From: Candidatus Hermodarchaeota archaeon
GTDB taxonomy: Archaea; Asgardarchaeota; Thorarchaeia; Thorarchaeales; Thorarchaeaceae
Direction of reading: 5' to 3'
Assembly (NCBI GenBank): GCA_048885865.1
Contig: JBHLLF010000015.1
Span: 12,271 to 76,270, forward strand
Length of the DNA: 64,000 bases
Each line of letters starts with the position of its first letter. Position 1 is the stretch's first letter. Shown here piece after piece: positions 18,968 through 28,852 of the stretch. Position numbers and translations under genes: made by a program. Under the pieces are notes generated by a model. That model worked only from the letters and a program-made list of their open reading frames with translations, made no database searches and was not told the DNA's origin.

Positions 18968-20695
18968 TCAGCGAATCCAGAATGAGGCCATGAAAATATC
19001 ATGGTCCGTAGACCGAATCGCTGTACTCGGATCGCCACTCCAGAGGAAGAATGGGAAGTCAGTATTGAAGTGGACAAATCGTGCAAAGAGGAAGCTTCTG
19101 TGCAAGGATGGAGTGATCATAATGTGATCAAGAACACCGGACAAACCACGATAGATGTAGGAATAGCGGCTTCTCCTATTGACCTCAAATACAAGGTCCG
19201 TAAGACCACCATCAATTAGTGTTGTTATTGGAGCCTCATTCTCGTATGAGTTGAGGTCACCTAGCACTATGACCTTCGCCTTGCAGTTAGCTTCTTGTAT
19301 CTCATCAACCAGACTGCCGACCCATGCTGCTTGCTGAATCCGTCGGGGCTCAGTGTCAGCGTAGGTTGGTGCATATGTCGACTTCGACTTGAAGTGGTTG
19401 ATGATAAGCCACAGATCAGTTCCCCCTCCATGTCTTCCTCGATACCATTTGCCATGGGTCTTGAGATGAACGACTAATGGAGGTCGTGAGAAGAGGGCAT
19501 TATATCCCTCAGGGCATGGGAAGTTGGGATCTGTCCCGGGTCCATAGCCATCATCCAAGTCGGTGCACGTCTGACGCGCCTCAGCGCTCACAATCGTCAC
19601 ACGGTTCTTTAGATAGAGCAAACCAACATCAACAGCTCGGTCATAGGGTCCTTCGATGAGTACTGCTCCATACTTGCCTTGGATAGGCTTGGTTTTCGTC
19701 AACCTCTCAAGTATCTCAATATTCTCCACTTCCTGCACCGCAATGAGGTCAGGCATTCGGAGCATTTGCTTGATTGCTAGAGCATGCTTTGTGAGCTGTA
19801 GTTCGACATATTCAGGGTCATAAACGGTATCAGCCTTGTCTGGGTCATCGAACTCGTCAAAGAGATTATACATATTGTAGGTGGCTACTGTGAGCCCAAA
19901 TGTCAGTCCACGGGGCCACACACAATCACTTTCAGCCCACCATTCTGGAAATACCTCTGGTGGTGCATCCGCACTGGGTAGAATCTTGTACTCATCGTAT
20001 GTGTAATCAAGTGGACCACATAAGTTCTTGACCAGTGTGCCTGTTCGAACATTGACTACCAACCCGCCAGAATCATCTGCAAAGATAATCTCTCCTGTGC
20101 CTATCGGATCATTCTCAAACACTCGAGTAATGCCTGAGTCTGCGACTACCCCTGCAAACTCACCGTAGGAATCAGTACCAGCAACTACCCTCAGTTCCGG
20201 TGCACAGACAAGCATTCCCTCTAATGCTTCATAGTATACATCAGAGGCATAGTCGTCGACGGGCGGATTTAGCTCAACTGGTTCAGGAAGCGGATAGCCT
20301 GTGTCCTCGATGGTGACATATGGTTTATACATCTGGGTCATGCCATAGTATTCACTGACCTTTCCTTGCAGTTTCACATAGTCGCCAACCTGCACATCGT
20401 AGTCATATTTGTACACAAAGATTCCATCAGAGGTGGCTGGATTTCCATCGCCCACTGGATCCTGAACGAAGAATCCTCTCTTGACCTCATCTTGGTAATC
20501 AGCTGTTACAACGCCCCATGTATCAATATACATTGAAGAGGGTATTGTAGGGGTAAAGCCATCACCTTGAATCTCTGGGATTGTATAATCTGGATTATCA
20601 TAAGCCTGTACCATCCCTGGACTAAAGCCTATCATAATCACAAAGAAAGTTAGAACGCAAATCGTCGTTAGTCGACGTTTCTTTGTGCTAGCCAA
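18968..20695 (-). CDS. Secreted ExeM/NucH-like nuclease (OB-fold + EEP domain)
   Basis: Signal peptide; IPEIQG, GVVTA, GFFVQD..GDGNPATSDGIFVY, YEALEGM; EEP motifs ATYN, AVQEVEN, NHFKSK, LGDLN, LDH, TDHD. Confidence 0.88.
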   Translation of the reverse strand: MASTKKRRLTTICVLTFFVIMIGFSPGMVQAYDNPDYTIPEIQGDGFTPTIPSSMYIDTWGVVTADYQDEVKRGFFVQDPVGDGNPATSDGIFVYKYDYDVQVGDYVKLQGKVSEYYGMTQMYKPYVTIEDTGYPLPEPVELNPPVDDYASDVYYEALEGMLVCAPELRVVAGTDSYGEFAGVVADSGITRVFENDPIGTGEIIFADDSGGLVVNVRTGTLVKNLCGPLDYTYDEYKILPSADAPPEVFPEWWAESDCVWPRGLTFGLTVATYNMYNLFDEFDDPDKADTVYDPEYVELQLTKHALAIKQMLRMPDLIAVQEVENIEILERLTKTKPIQGKYGAVLIEGPYDRAVDVGLLYLKNRVTIVSAEARQTCTDLDDGYGPGTDPNFPCPEGYNALFSRPPLVVHLKTHGKWYRGRHGGGTDLWLIINHFKSKSTYAPTYADTEPRRIQQAAWVGSLVDEIQEANCKAKVIVLGDLNSYENEAPITTLIDGGLTDLVFEVNRRSRYSYIYRGLSGVLDHIMITPSLHRSFLFARFVHFNTDFPFFLWSGDPSTAIRSTDHDIFMASFWIR

Positions 20696-20923
20696 TTTTA
20701 CTCTCTCTCCCTTTTAGCAAAGCTAAGACTGATTTCAAGCCTTGGCAGTGCGAACTTGAAACGATAGGTGACTCATCCGGCTATTGTTTGTTGTGGTTTC
20801 AATGCGCCATATTTCGAAGGGATTGACTGTATAAAGAAGTACAGTTGCCATTTTCGAATTTCGTTATGAAATTCTGGACCATTTCATCAAGAGCGCGTTT
20901 GCCTAGCTCAGAATATGTCCAGG

Positions 20924-22567
20924 CTACGCCTCAGGAACCGCAATCATGTTTTCACGATTAAGGAGCCATTTGGGATCTAATGCGCGCTTTACGGCCTGCA
21001 TCTCTTCAATCCCCTTTTCTCCATACATTGCAACCAAGAAATCCCGTTTCAGTTTCCCGATCCCGTGTTCAGCTGCAACTGTCCCTCCAAGCTCAACTGC
21101 TCGCTTGGCGAAGATCATGTAGTTGTCCATTCCTTGGTGGACCTCTTCATTGTTGCGTGGAAGCATGTTGACATGGAGGTGGTTGTCTCCGATGTGACCG
21201 AATATGACATACTCCATTCCCTGGGCTTCGAGCGTTTCTCTGTAGAACTTCAAATAGTCCCGAAGAGCCTCATCAGGCACGGCCATGTCAGTGCCAATCT
21301 TGTGTACCTCATGGTACTGTGCCTTTCTCATGGCAATAGTGGCGTTTACTGTTTCCGGCACAAAATGACGGACTGTCTTCATCTTGGCAAGCTCAGATCG
21401 GTCCATACCAGCCCAACTGGACTCAGAGGAGGTGTTGTGCTTGTTCAAGATCTCCTCCAGCCCCATCACCATGGATTCCATGGTTTCATCGGTATAGGAG
21501 AACTCGAAGAACACTATTGCCTTGGTGTCGTCGCCCATTGCTGGAACTGTGATTCCTGATGCGGCGGCCTTCTCCTTGATCATCTTCAGTGCATTAGGAC
21601 CAAAGTACTCTAGGAAGTTCATAGGAACAGGCGAGTCTGGTGCGCGAATGTCATATACAAAACCAACAGCATCTTCTTCGCTCTTGAAATAAGCCATAAC
21701 TGTCATGATTTCCTCGGGCATCTTGTTCAGACCCAACTCTACCTCGGTTATGACACCCAAGATACCCTCTGAACCAATGAAGAGATCAATGAGATCCATA
21801 TTGGGTTTAGCAAACAGACCAGCGGCATTTTTGGTTTCAGGCATCTTGTAGGACGGGATCTGCAGCTCGACTGAACTGCCGTCACTGAGTACTATCTCGA
21901 ACCTGCCATCCTTAGCGAAGACCTTGCCACGTTCGATGTCCAAGATATCTCCATTCATCAAGACAACCTGAATCCTGCACACCCAATCACGCACAGCGCC
22001 GAACTTTAGAGTCCTGGCTCCAGAGGCGTTGCAGGCAACAATTCCTCCCAGCCATGCACTCATCTCCGTGGGATCAACTGGGAAAGTGAAGCTGTCAGAT
22101 TCGCCTAGAAACTGCTCAAGGGCTTCTTGTTGATCAGGAGTCCCCTTTCCCTTAATTGCATCAAGATTTTTGGAGTTCACAGCTGACACCAGGTCCTCTA
22201 GAAGGACACCGGCCTGACCAGCGATTGAATAGAGCTCGTCTTCAGCTGAATAGTCCATATAGAGTAACTCTGTCATCTTCTCAAGATTCAGGGCCACACC
22301 GCCAAGTGGGACTGCTCCACCAGTGAGACCTGTACGACCGCCTTGTACGGTGACAGGAGTGTCGTTCTCAAAAGCCTCCTTCATGATTGCAGCAATCTGA
22401 TTCACTGATGTAGGAAAGTAGATTCTCTCGGCTGCTCCATCAAAGGAGTGGCTCTCATCGTCTAGGTAGAGAGCATAGGTATCGGTTATCTCCGCCTGAT
22501 CTGTGACAACTTTCATGTTGGAAAGGTCAGCACCGCCAGGTGCCTGTGCCTTGATTTGATTTGTCAT
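20924..22567 (-). CDS. FAD-linked oxidase (GlcD/D-lactate dehydrogenase family)
   Basis: QGGRTGLTGGAVP, PVDPTE, GGIVACNASG, FIGSEGILGVIT, FGHIGDNHLH, AEHGIG, DP..LLN. Confidence 0.9.
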   Translation of the reverse strand: MTNQIKAQAPGGADLSNMKVVTDQAEITDTYALYLDDESHSFDGAAERIYFPTSVNQIAAIMKEAFENDTPVTVQGGRTGLTGGAVPLGGVALNLEKMTELLYMDYSAEDELYSIAGQAGVLLEDLVSAVNSKNLDAIKGKGTPDQQEALEQFLGESDSFTFPVDPTEMSAWLGGIVACNASGARTLKFGAVRDWVCRIQVVLMNGDILDIERGKVFAKDGRFEIVLSDGSSVELQIPSYKMPETKNAAGLFAKPNMDLIDLFIGSEGILGVITEVELGLNKMPEEIMTVMAYFKSEEDAVGFVYDIRAPDSPVPMNFLEYFGPNALKMIKEKAAASGITVPAMGDDTKAIVFFEFSYTDETMESMVMGLEEILNKHNTSSESSWAGMDRSELAKMKTVRHFVPETVNATIAMRKAQYHEVHKIGTDMAVPDEALRDYLKFYRETLEAQGMEYVIFGHIGDNHLHVNMLPRNNEEVHQGMDNYMIFAKRAVELGGTVAAEHGIGKLKRDFLVAMYGEKGIEEMQAVKRALDPKWLLNRENMIAVPEA

Positions 22568-22736
22568 TGAAGCGATTCCTCTAGCAACTGATTGAGATGG
22601 GCTGAACAAATAGTCAATATCAAGCATTTGGTATGAAAACTGAATGAATCTCTAGGGAACATTAATGAGTAGGACAAGGCAGAAAGCATCAGCAGCATAT
22701 CCAGATTAGGCAAAAGAAGGAGACAGAGACCGCAAA

Positions 22737-24128
22737 ATGCCGTCTATCAAGAGAATTGGCCCTGGAGAAATTGCTGCGATTGTCGCTGTAATAATGACCG
22801 TCGTGGCAATAGTCTTGGTAACAATAGTTCAAGACATTGGTTCGGCAATTCTCGTGATATTCATTGGCACATATGCAATCATTAGTAGTGAGAAAGTGAA
22901 CAGAACTGCGATGTCCCTTCTGGGAATGGCATTAGTTGGAGTTGTTCTGTGGATTGGGACGTCGTTTGATGACGAGATTTTCGAGGAACTTATCGTTCAC
23001 ATCGAATGGACAACAATAATCTTCGTCATTGCGATGAGTGTAATTGTTTCAATTGCGGCTGCATCAGGCTTGTTTCAATACATTGCACTTAGGATTGCGA
23101 AGCCCAGCGGAGGAGATCATAAGAGCCTGTTCATAACATTCTTGGTGTTTGTTGCGGGGATTAGCCTTTTCTTCGACACAGTATCAACCATGTTAATCAT
23201 AGCCCCTCTTACCATAGAGATTTGCAAAGCCCTTGAGATTGACTTCAAGCCTTTTTTGGTATCTGAAGCGATTGTTTGTAATTTCTCTTCAATACCCTCA
23301 ATTGTGGGAGCTGTACCAAATCTGGTGATAGCGGGTGAAACTGGTCTAGATGTGGGATTTCTCTTCTTGGCGTTCATGCCCCTCTCAATAATTCTATTTC
23401 TTGTCAGCCTCCCTATTCTTCTAAGATGGTATGGAAAGACATTCGGCTCAACAGACGAGCAGAGAGTTGACGTTGTGTTCTCCATAGATCCTGCAACTAT
23501 GATTAAGGATAGATGGGACTTCAATATCTCAGTTGTCGCAATTATTTTCCTCGTAATTGGATTCGCGCTAGGACCCAGCTTTGGAATTGTACCTCCAATG
23601 ACAGCTCTGCTTATTGCATCGTTCATGTTACTTATTGCTCACGAGAAGGCAAACGACTTCTTGAATCGGATAGGTTGGCCCACGGTATTCTTCCTCGTAG
23701 GCCTTTTCGGGCTGGTTGTCGCTCTGGAACTCACGGGTCTGATAGATGCACTCGGAAACGTTGTAGGAGCCATTGTCGGGGATAATGCCCCCTTTGCCAC
23801 TGTTTTTCTGGTATGGATACCAGCTATGCTTTCCGCTTTCTTGGACAACCTACCAGTTTCAGCGGTATTGGCTCCAATTGCTCGAGATTTCGCAGTCGTA
23901 AGCCCAGTCATACCTCTTGCCCTCGTGTTTGCTGTGAATATAGGTGGCTACATTTTCACTCCATTGGGGTCTCCAGCTAACATGGTTGCAATAGGTCTAT
24001 CAGAAGCCGAAGATAATCCAATACCCTTCATTGAGTTTGTGAAAATCGGTACGCTCCTCGGCATGATTCATCTTGCCATTGGTTCTGGATACCTATTGGT
24101 AATAATGACCCTACTGGGGGCGGGATAA
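22737..24128 (+). CDS. SLC13/ArsB-NhaD (P-protein-like) anion permease, paralog 1
   Basis: SEKVNRT, SLFFDTVST, GAVPNLVI, SAFLDNLP, GSPANMV. Confidence 0.85.
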   Translation: MPSIKRIGPGEIAAIVAVIMTVVAIVLVTIVQDIGSAILVIFIGTYAIISSEKVNRTAMSLLGMALVGVVLWIGTSFDDEIFEELIVHIEWTTIIFVIAMSVIVSIAAASGLFQYIALRIAKPSGGDHKSLFITFLVFVAGISLFFDTVSTMLIIAPLTIEICKALEIDFKPFLVSEAIVCNFSSIPSIVGAVPNLVIAGETGLDVGFLFLAFMPLSIILFLVSLPILLRWYGKTFGSTDEQRVDVVFSIDPATMIKDRWDFNISVVAIIFLVIGFALGPSFGIVPPMTALLIASFMLLIAHEKANDFLNRIGWPTVFFLVGLFGLVVALELTGLIDALGNVVGAIVGDNAPFATVFLVWIPAMLSAFLDNLPVSAVLAPIARDFAVVSPVIPLALVFAVNIGGYIFTPLGSPANMVAIGLSEAEDNPIPFIEFVKIGTLLGMIHLAIGSGYLLVIMTLLGAG

Positions 24129-24265
24129 CTACATGAATATGAACCAATCAAAAATAGAGGGCGGCTCCAATTACAATATGGTAGGATGTCGAATAGATAG
24201 GATTATTGGGTAGTCACGTAGGCGATAGGAACTTGGACAAGAGGTGAAACAAAACGGTAGCTGAG

Positions 24266-25528
24266 ATGATACTTGCAATCTTCGTTATCACCTATGTCGC
24301 CATATCGTCCGAGAAAGTGAACAGAACTGCTACAGCGTTGCTAGGAATGGGTGCTGTCGGAATCGTCCTCTGGGCCACAGGTACAGCAGAATTCAGAGAA
24401 GTGGCAGACCGTATCGAATGGACAACTATCCTTTTCGTGACTTCTATGTTCATCATAGTCACCATAGCCGCATCATCAGGGATGTTTCAATATCTAGCAT
24501 TGGATCTTACCAGACGCACTGGGGGAGATACAAAAAGACTCTTCATTTCTCTACTCGCCTTTGTGTTTGCAATATCACTTTTCTTTGACACTACATCTAC
24601 AATGCTCATAATGGGACCACTTACAATAGAGATATGCAAGGCTCTTGAAATCGATTTTAGACCATTCCTAATATCTGAAGCAGTAACCTGTAATTTTGCA
24701 TCAATCCCATCAATCGTTGGCGCTGTACCCAACCTGCTTATAGCGGAGGAGGCACATGTGGATCCAGGTTTCCTCTTCGAATCATTGATGCCTCTATCAG
24801 CTATTCTCTTTCTAGTTTCTGTGCCATTACTGCTTAGGGTCTTTGGGGACCAACTCAAGCAATCAGAAGAGTATCTTGTGTCTCAAATGATGCTCATTAA
24901 CCCACAGTACATGATTCGCTCACGTACAGATTTCTACCTGTCTATAATCGCAATGTTCATCCTTGTGCTTGGGTTCACATTTGGTCCTGCATATGATCTA
25001 CAGCCAGCAGTAATCGCCATTACTGTAGCCGCAGCTCTGTTGTTACTTGCTCGTGAATGGGTAGATGAAGTCCTAAAGCGGATAAATTGGGGGACTATCT
25101 TCTTTCTAATCGGGTTGTTCGGGCTTATTGCATCATTGGATATCACAGGCATCATAATAGCCATAGGAGATGTCATTGGGGCTTTGATTCAAGGAAATGT
25201 CCTATTTGGAATCATTTTCATGATATGGGTACCAGCACTTCTTTCTGCAGTGATTGACAACATACCAGTATCAGCGGTTTTGGCACCAATTGCTTCACAA
25301 TTTGCCGCAATCAGTCCTCTTCTATCCATTGCCCTTATACTAGCTGTCAATATTGGGGGTTTCCTGCTTCCTATTGGAGCCCCGGCCAATATTCTAGCAT
25401 TAGCCTTCTCAGAGAAAGAGCACAAGCCAATCAGGATGATTGACTTTGCGAAGATTGCGACACCCCTGGGATTCTTGATGTTAGCTATCGCAACAGGATA
25501 CCTACTTATTCTCGGAGTACTGATCTAA
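24266..25528 (+). CDS. SLC13/ArsB-NhaD anion permease, paralog 2
   Basis: Colinear with upstream paralog (SEKVNRT, EICKALEIDF, SAVIDNIP, GAPANI). Confidence 0.85.
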   Translation: MILAIFVITYVAISSEKVNRTATALLGMGAVGIVLWATGTAEFREVADRIEWTTILFVTSMFIIVTIAASSGMFQYLALDLTRRTGGDTKRLFISLLAFVFAISLFFDTTSTMLIMGPLTIEICKALEIDFRPFLISEAVTCNFASIPSIVGAVPNLLIAEEAHVDPGFLFESLMPLSAILFLVSVPLLLRVFGDQLKQSEEYLVSQMMLINPQYMIRSRTDFYLSIIAMFILVLGFTFGPAYDLQPAVIAITVAAALLLLAREWVDEVLKRINWGTIFFLIGLFGLIASLDITGIIIAIGDVIGALIQGNVLFGIIFMIWVPALLSAVIDNIPVSAVLAPIASQFAAISPLLSIALILAVNIGGFLLPIGAPANILALAFSEKEHKPIRMIDFAKIATPLGFLMLAIATGYLLILGVLI

Positions 25529-25665
25529 AAAGAGGCGGCGCCCCGCCCCCGTCGTGTGCCGCCGGGAGGACAGAACTCAACGGAGACTGGACACCAGGTA
25601 TTAATTATGTGCAAAGGCTATTAGCAATATGGGTTGTGACAAACTCGACGGAGATACGCAATACA

Positions 25666-26160
25666 ATGCCAAAGCGTGCTCGATGCCCCCATTGTGACAG
25701 GTTGTTCAATCGAGATGTACTTGACTCCCACATTCAAAATTGTAGAACTCGAAACATGACAGGCATTGAAGAAACAAGAACCGCAAAGAAGAATGTGATA
25801 CTTGACGGCAATAATGTCGCATATCACCTCGCACCGACTGGCAAGCCAAGGGTTGCTAACCTTGTCCTAGCAAGACAAAGCCTTGTCAGCTCTGGCTATA
25901 AGCCAACCATCATTGTGTCAGCTGCACTAATCCACAAAATCGACAAACCAAACAGACTTCGTGAGATGATTGACTTTGGACATATCATTGAAGCTCCAAG
26001 GGGGAAGAATGACGACCTCATCATCATTCAGACTGCACAGCGATCAAATGCAGATATTGTGAGCAATGACAGATTCCTCGACTGGCGGGAGAGGTTCCCC
26101 TGGATCTCTGATCGTCTGAGAAGATATCGGATGACTCCTTCAGGCTTGATTCTGATGTGA
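25666..26160 (+). CDS. Zc3h12a/Regnase-like NYN (PIN-like) ribonuclease with N-terminal C2HC zinc finger
   Basis: CPHC..F....L..H...C; catalytic VILDGNNVA, NDDLIII, IVSNDRFLDW. Confidence 0.8.
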   Translation: MPKRARCPHCDRLFNRDVLDSHIQNCRTRNMTGIEETRTAKKNVILDGNNVAYHLAPTGKPRVANLVLARQSLVSSGYKPTIIVSAALIHKIDKPNRLREMIDFGHIIEAPRGKNDDLIIIQTAQRSNADIVSNDRFLDWRERFPWISDRLRRYRMTPSGLILM

Positions 26161-26240
26161 CAGGATGACCTCCAGCAAAACCGTTAAAATCATTCAGAGA
26201 ATGCCACACTGAAAAACACCTGCGGACTGGTGAACATATT

Positions 26241-28028
26241 ATGCGTGCCAATGAATTGAGAGCGCTGTACTTGAAGTTCTTCAAAGAGAAGAAACATGCA
26301 ATAATAGGCTCTGCTTCGCTGATGCCTGAAAATGATCCTACTGCGCTCTATGTCATGGCAGGCATGCATCCACTCATGCCATTCCTGCTGGGCCAGCCCC
26401 ATCCAGAAGGGAAACGCTTGGCCAATGTCCAGAAGTGTATTCGAACCATAGACATTGACGAGGTTGGCGACACAACACATCTCACATTCTTCGAGATGCT
26501 AGGAAACTGGAGCCTCAATGACTACTGGAAAAAAGAGGCGATAACATGGAGTTACGAGTTCCTCACATCCAAGAAGTGGCTGGGATTTGCCCCTGAGAAG
26601 CTTTCAGTCACTGTGTTTGAGGGTGATGATGATGCACCAAGGGATAATGAAGCAGTTGAAATATGGCGCTCTGTAGGCATTCCAGACGAGCACATCTATT
26701 ACCTTCCGAAAGAGGACAACTGGTGGGGTCCCCCTGGCAAGGTAGGCCCGTGTGGGCCATGCACAGAGATGTTCATTGAGGTAGATGAGATTCCAAAGTG
26801 CGGCCCTGATTGTAAACCTGGGTGTCACTGCGGACATTTTGTAGAAGTTTGGAACGATGTCTTCATGGAATACAACCTGAAAGAAGATGGCATCTACGAG
26901 AAACTGGAGCAGAGGAATATTGACACTGGTATGGGAGTCGAGAGGACTGTAGCCATGTTACAAGGGGTTCCATCTGTCTTCGATATCGAGCTCTTCATTC
27001 CACTTATTGAGAAGATTAGGATGCTCTCAGGAAAAGATGTGATGTCTGAGGAAGAAGACCGGCTCGCAAAGATAATAGCTGACCATGTTAAGTCAGCTGT
27101 GATGATAATGGCAGACGATGCTCAAATTGCCCCCTCAAATGTAGAGCATGGATATATCGTGCGGAGACTCTTGAGAAAGGCGATTCTCAGCGCAGACAAA
27201 CTTGGCATTGGCAAGGGATTCATGGAGGCACTCGCGGACATCACAATCGAGATGTATAAGGATGTCTACGAAGAAGTTGAAAGGAATCGCGACTTCATCA
27301 AGAAGAATTTGGAGGGTGAAGAGGCTAAATTCCGCAAGACCTTGCGGAAGGCACTTGGCAAGTTTGATAGAATGTTCCAAGAGAATGGGACGATCACAGG
27401 AAAGGACGCATTTCTTCTATTCACTAGCTTTGGACTTCCTCTTGAGATGACAAGGGATTTGGCCGAGGAAAAAGGCATAAAGATTGACCTTGATGAGTTT
27501 CGGAAGGAGTTTGAACATCACAGAGACATATCAAGAACTGCGACTGAGGGGAAATTCAAGGGTGGCCTTGCAGATCATGGTAAAGAGCATACCAAGCTCC
27601 ATACAGCAACTCATCTGTTGCAGGCAGCACTGAGAAAGGTCCTTGGCGACAAAGTACAGCAGAGCGGTAGCAACATCACAAAGGAGCGGCTTCGATTTGA
27701 CTTTACGTTCGATCGTAAGCTTACGGCAGAAGAGGTACAGGAAGTAGAGGACCTGGTCAATGGTATCATCAAAGACGACCTAGAAGTGACAAGGGAGTTC
27801 ATGCCGTACGAGGACGCAATAGCCAAAGGTGCGATGGCGTTCTTCAAGGAAACATATGGAGACACAGTTTCTGTGTATTCAGTGGGCGGCTTTAGCATGG
27901 AACTCTGTGGTGGACCCCATGTCGAACGAACTGGCATACTGGGCAATTTCAAAATCACCAAGCAAAAGAAGATTGGTGCAGGAATCATGAGAATCCGTGC
28001 GATTCTTGAGCCTGTTGATGCATCCTAG
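26241..28028 (+). CDS. alaS: Alanine--tRNA ligase, short form lacking C-Ala domain
   Basis: DPT...AGM, QKCIRT.DIDEVGD..HLTFFEMLGNWS, GPCGPCTE, IDTGMG.ER; editing motifs HTATHLL and ELCGGPH; ends at 595 aa. Confidence 0.95.
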   Translation: MRANELRALYLKFFKEKKHAIIGSASLMPENDPTALYVMAGMHPLMPFLLGQPHPEGKRLANVQKCIRTIDIDEVGDTTHLTFFEMLGNWSLNDYWKKEAITWSYEFLTSKKWLGFAPEKLSVTVFEGDDDAPRDNEAVEIWRSVGIPDEHIYYLPKEDNWWGPPGKVGPCGPCTEMFIEVDEIPKCGPDCKPGCHCGHFVEVWNDVFMEYNLKEDGIYEKLEQRNIDTGMGVERTVAMLQGVPSVFDIELFIPLIEKIRMLSGKDVMSEEEDRLAKIIADHVKSAVMIMADDAQIAPSNVEHGYIVRRLLRKAILSADKLGIGKGFMEALADITIEMYKDVYEEVERNRDFIKKNLEGEEAKFRKTLRKALGKFDRMFQENGTITGKDAFLLFTSFGLPLEMTRDLAEEKGIKIDLDEFRKEFEHHRDISRTATEGKFKGGLADHGKEHTKLHTATHLLQAALRKVLGDKVQQSGSNITKERLRFDFTFDRKLTAEEVQEVEDLVNGIIKDDLEVTREFMPYEDAIAKGAMAFFKETYGDTVSVYSVGGFSMELCGGPHVERTGILGNFKITKQKKIGAGIMRIRAILEPVDAS

Positions 28029-28170
28029 GGACTGAAAGAGTGCGAAATATCAGGACGGCTTCAAGCGCAACGCCCATATTGCCTCGCTACGATAGAAGCA
28101 ACAGAGAGGGATTTTTGAGTCCCTTTGCTCTCCCAAGATGGAGCGCATTATTCAAACTGAGTGAAAGAAA

Positions 28171-28833
28171 ATGGGAACGTTTTCGAGGATTTTTGGTCTT
28201 GGAGATAAAGACCTCCAGAAGCAGGCTGATGAGCTTCTTTTGAAACTAAGCAAAGCATTGCAATCAGCTAGTGCAAAACTGCATGTCTGTACTGATGACT
28301 GGGAAGACGGCAAGATGAAGCATCTTGAGGAGTTGCAAGATGAAATAATCACCCTTGAGAGAGAAGCAGATGCAGTCAAGGAGGAGTTGTATGAGAAGAT
28401 ATTCTCTAAGCGAGCATATCTCCCTCAGCAGACCCAAGAACGATATCAACTAGTCCAGCACATGGACAGCGTGGTGGATGCCTCTGAGGAGGCAGTCAGG
28501 ATGATGCTTGTGGGAAGAGACTACAAGCCACCTGAGGAGTTAACAGATATTGCTGAAAAGAGCTGGATCTGCACAGACCTCCTACAAGACGCAGTCAAAT
28601 ATCTATTCACAGATTTCAAGAAATCTGTGGATATAACTATCAAAATCGACAGAGTCAGAGAAGAGGCAAGAGACCTCCATTTCAAACTGCTTGAGAACCT
28701 GTTTAATGACAAGAAGTATACAGCAAAGCAAGTCAGCATGTTTCGTGCAGTATCAGAGAGGCTCATTCTTGTAGCTGTCAGGGCTGAGGACACAGGCGAT
28801 TTCATCCGCACTATAGTGCTGAAGTACTCATAA
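28171..28833 (+). CDS. DUF47/PhoU-like phosphate transport regulator
   Basis: LEREADAVK, DSVVDASE, AEDTGD helical repeats; directly upstream of PiT. Confidence 0.85.
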   Translation: MGTFSRIFGLGDKDLQKQADELLLKLSKALQSASAKLHVCTDDWEDGKMKHLEELQDEIITLEREADAVKEELYEKIFSKRAYLPQQTQERYQLVQHMDSVVDASEEAVRMMLVGRDYKPPEELTDIAEKSWICTDLLQDAVKYLFTDFKKSVDITIKIDRVREEARDLHFKLLENLFNDKKYTAKQVSMFRAVSERLILVAVRAEDTGDFIRTIVLKYS

Positions 28834-28852
28834 TCAGGGAGGACCTCAGGAA

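Noticed and set aside
25531-25597. tRNA, rRNA fragment or HDV-like ribozyme
   Set aside because: No cloverleaf or T-loop, and the required P1 pairing could not be built; kept only as an unassigned structured element.
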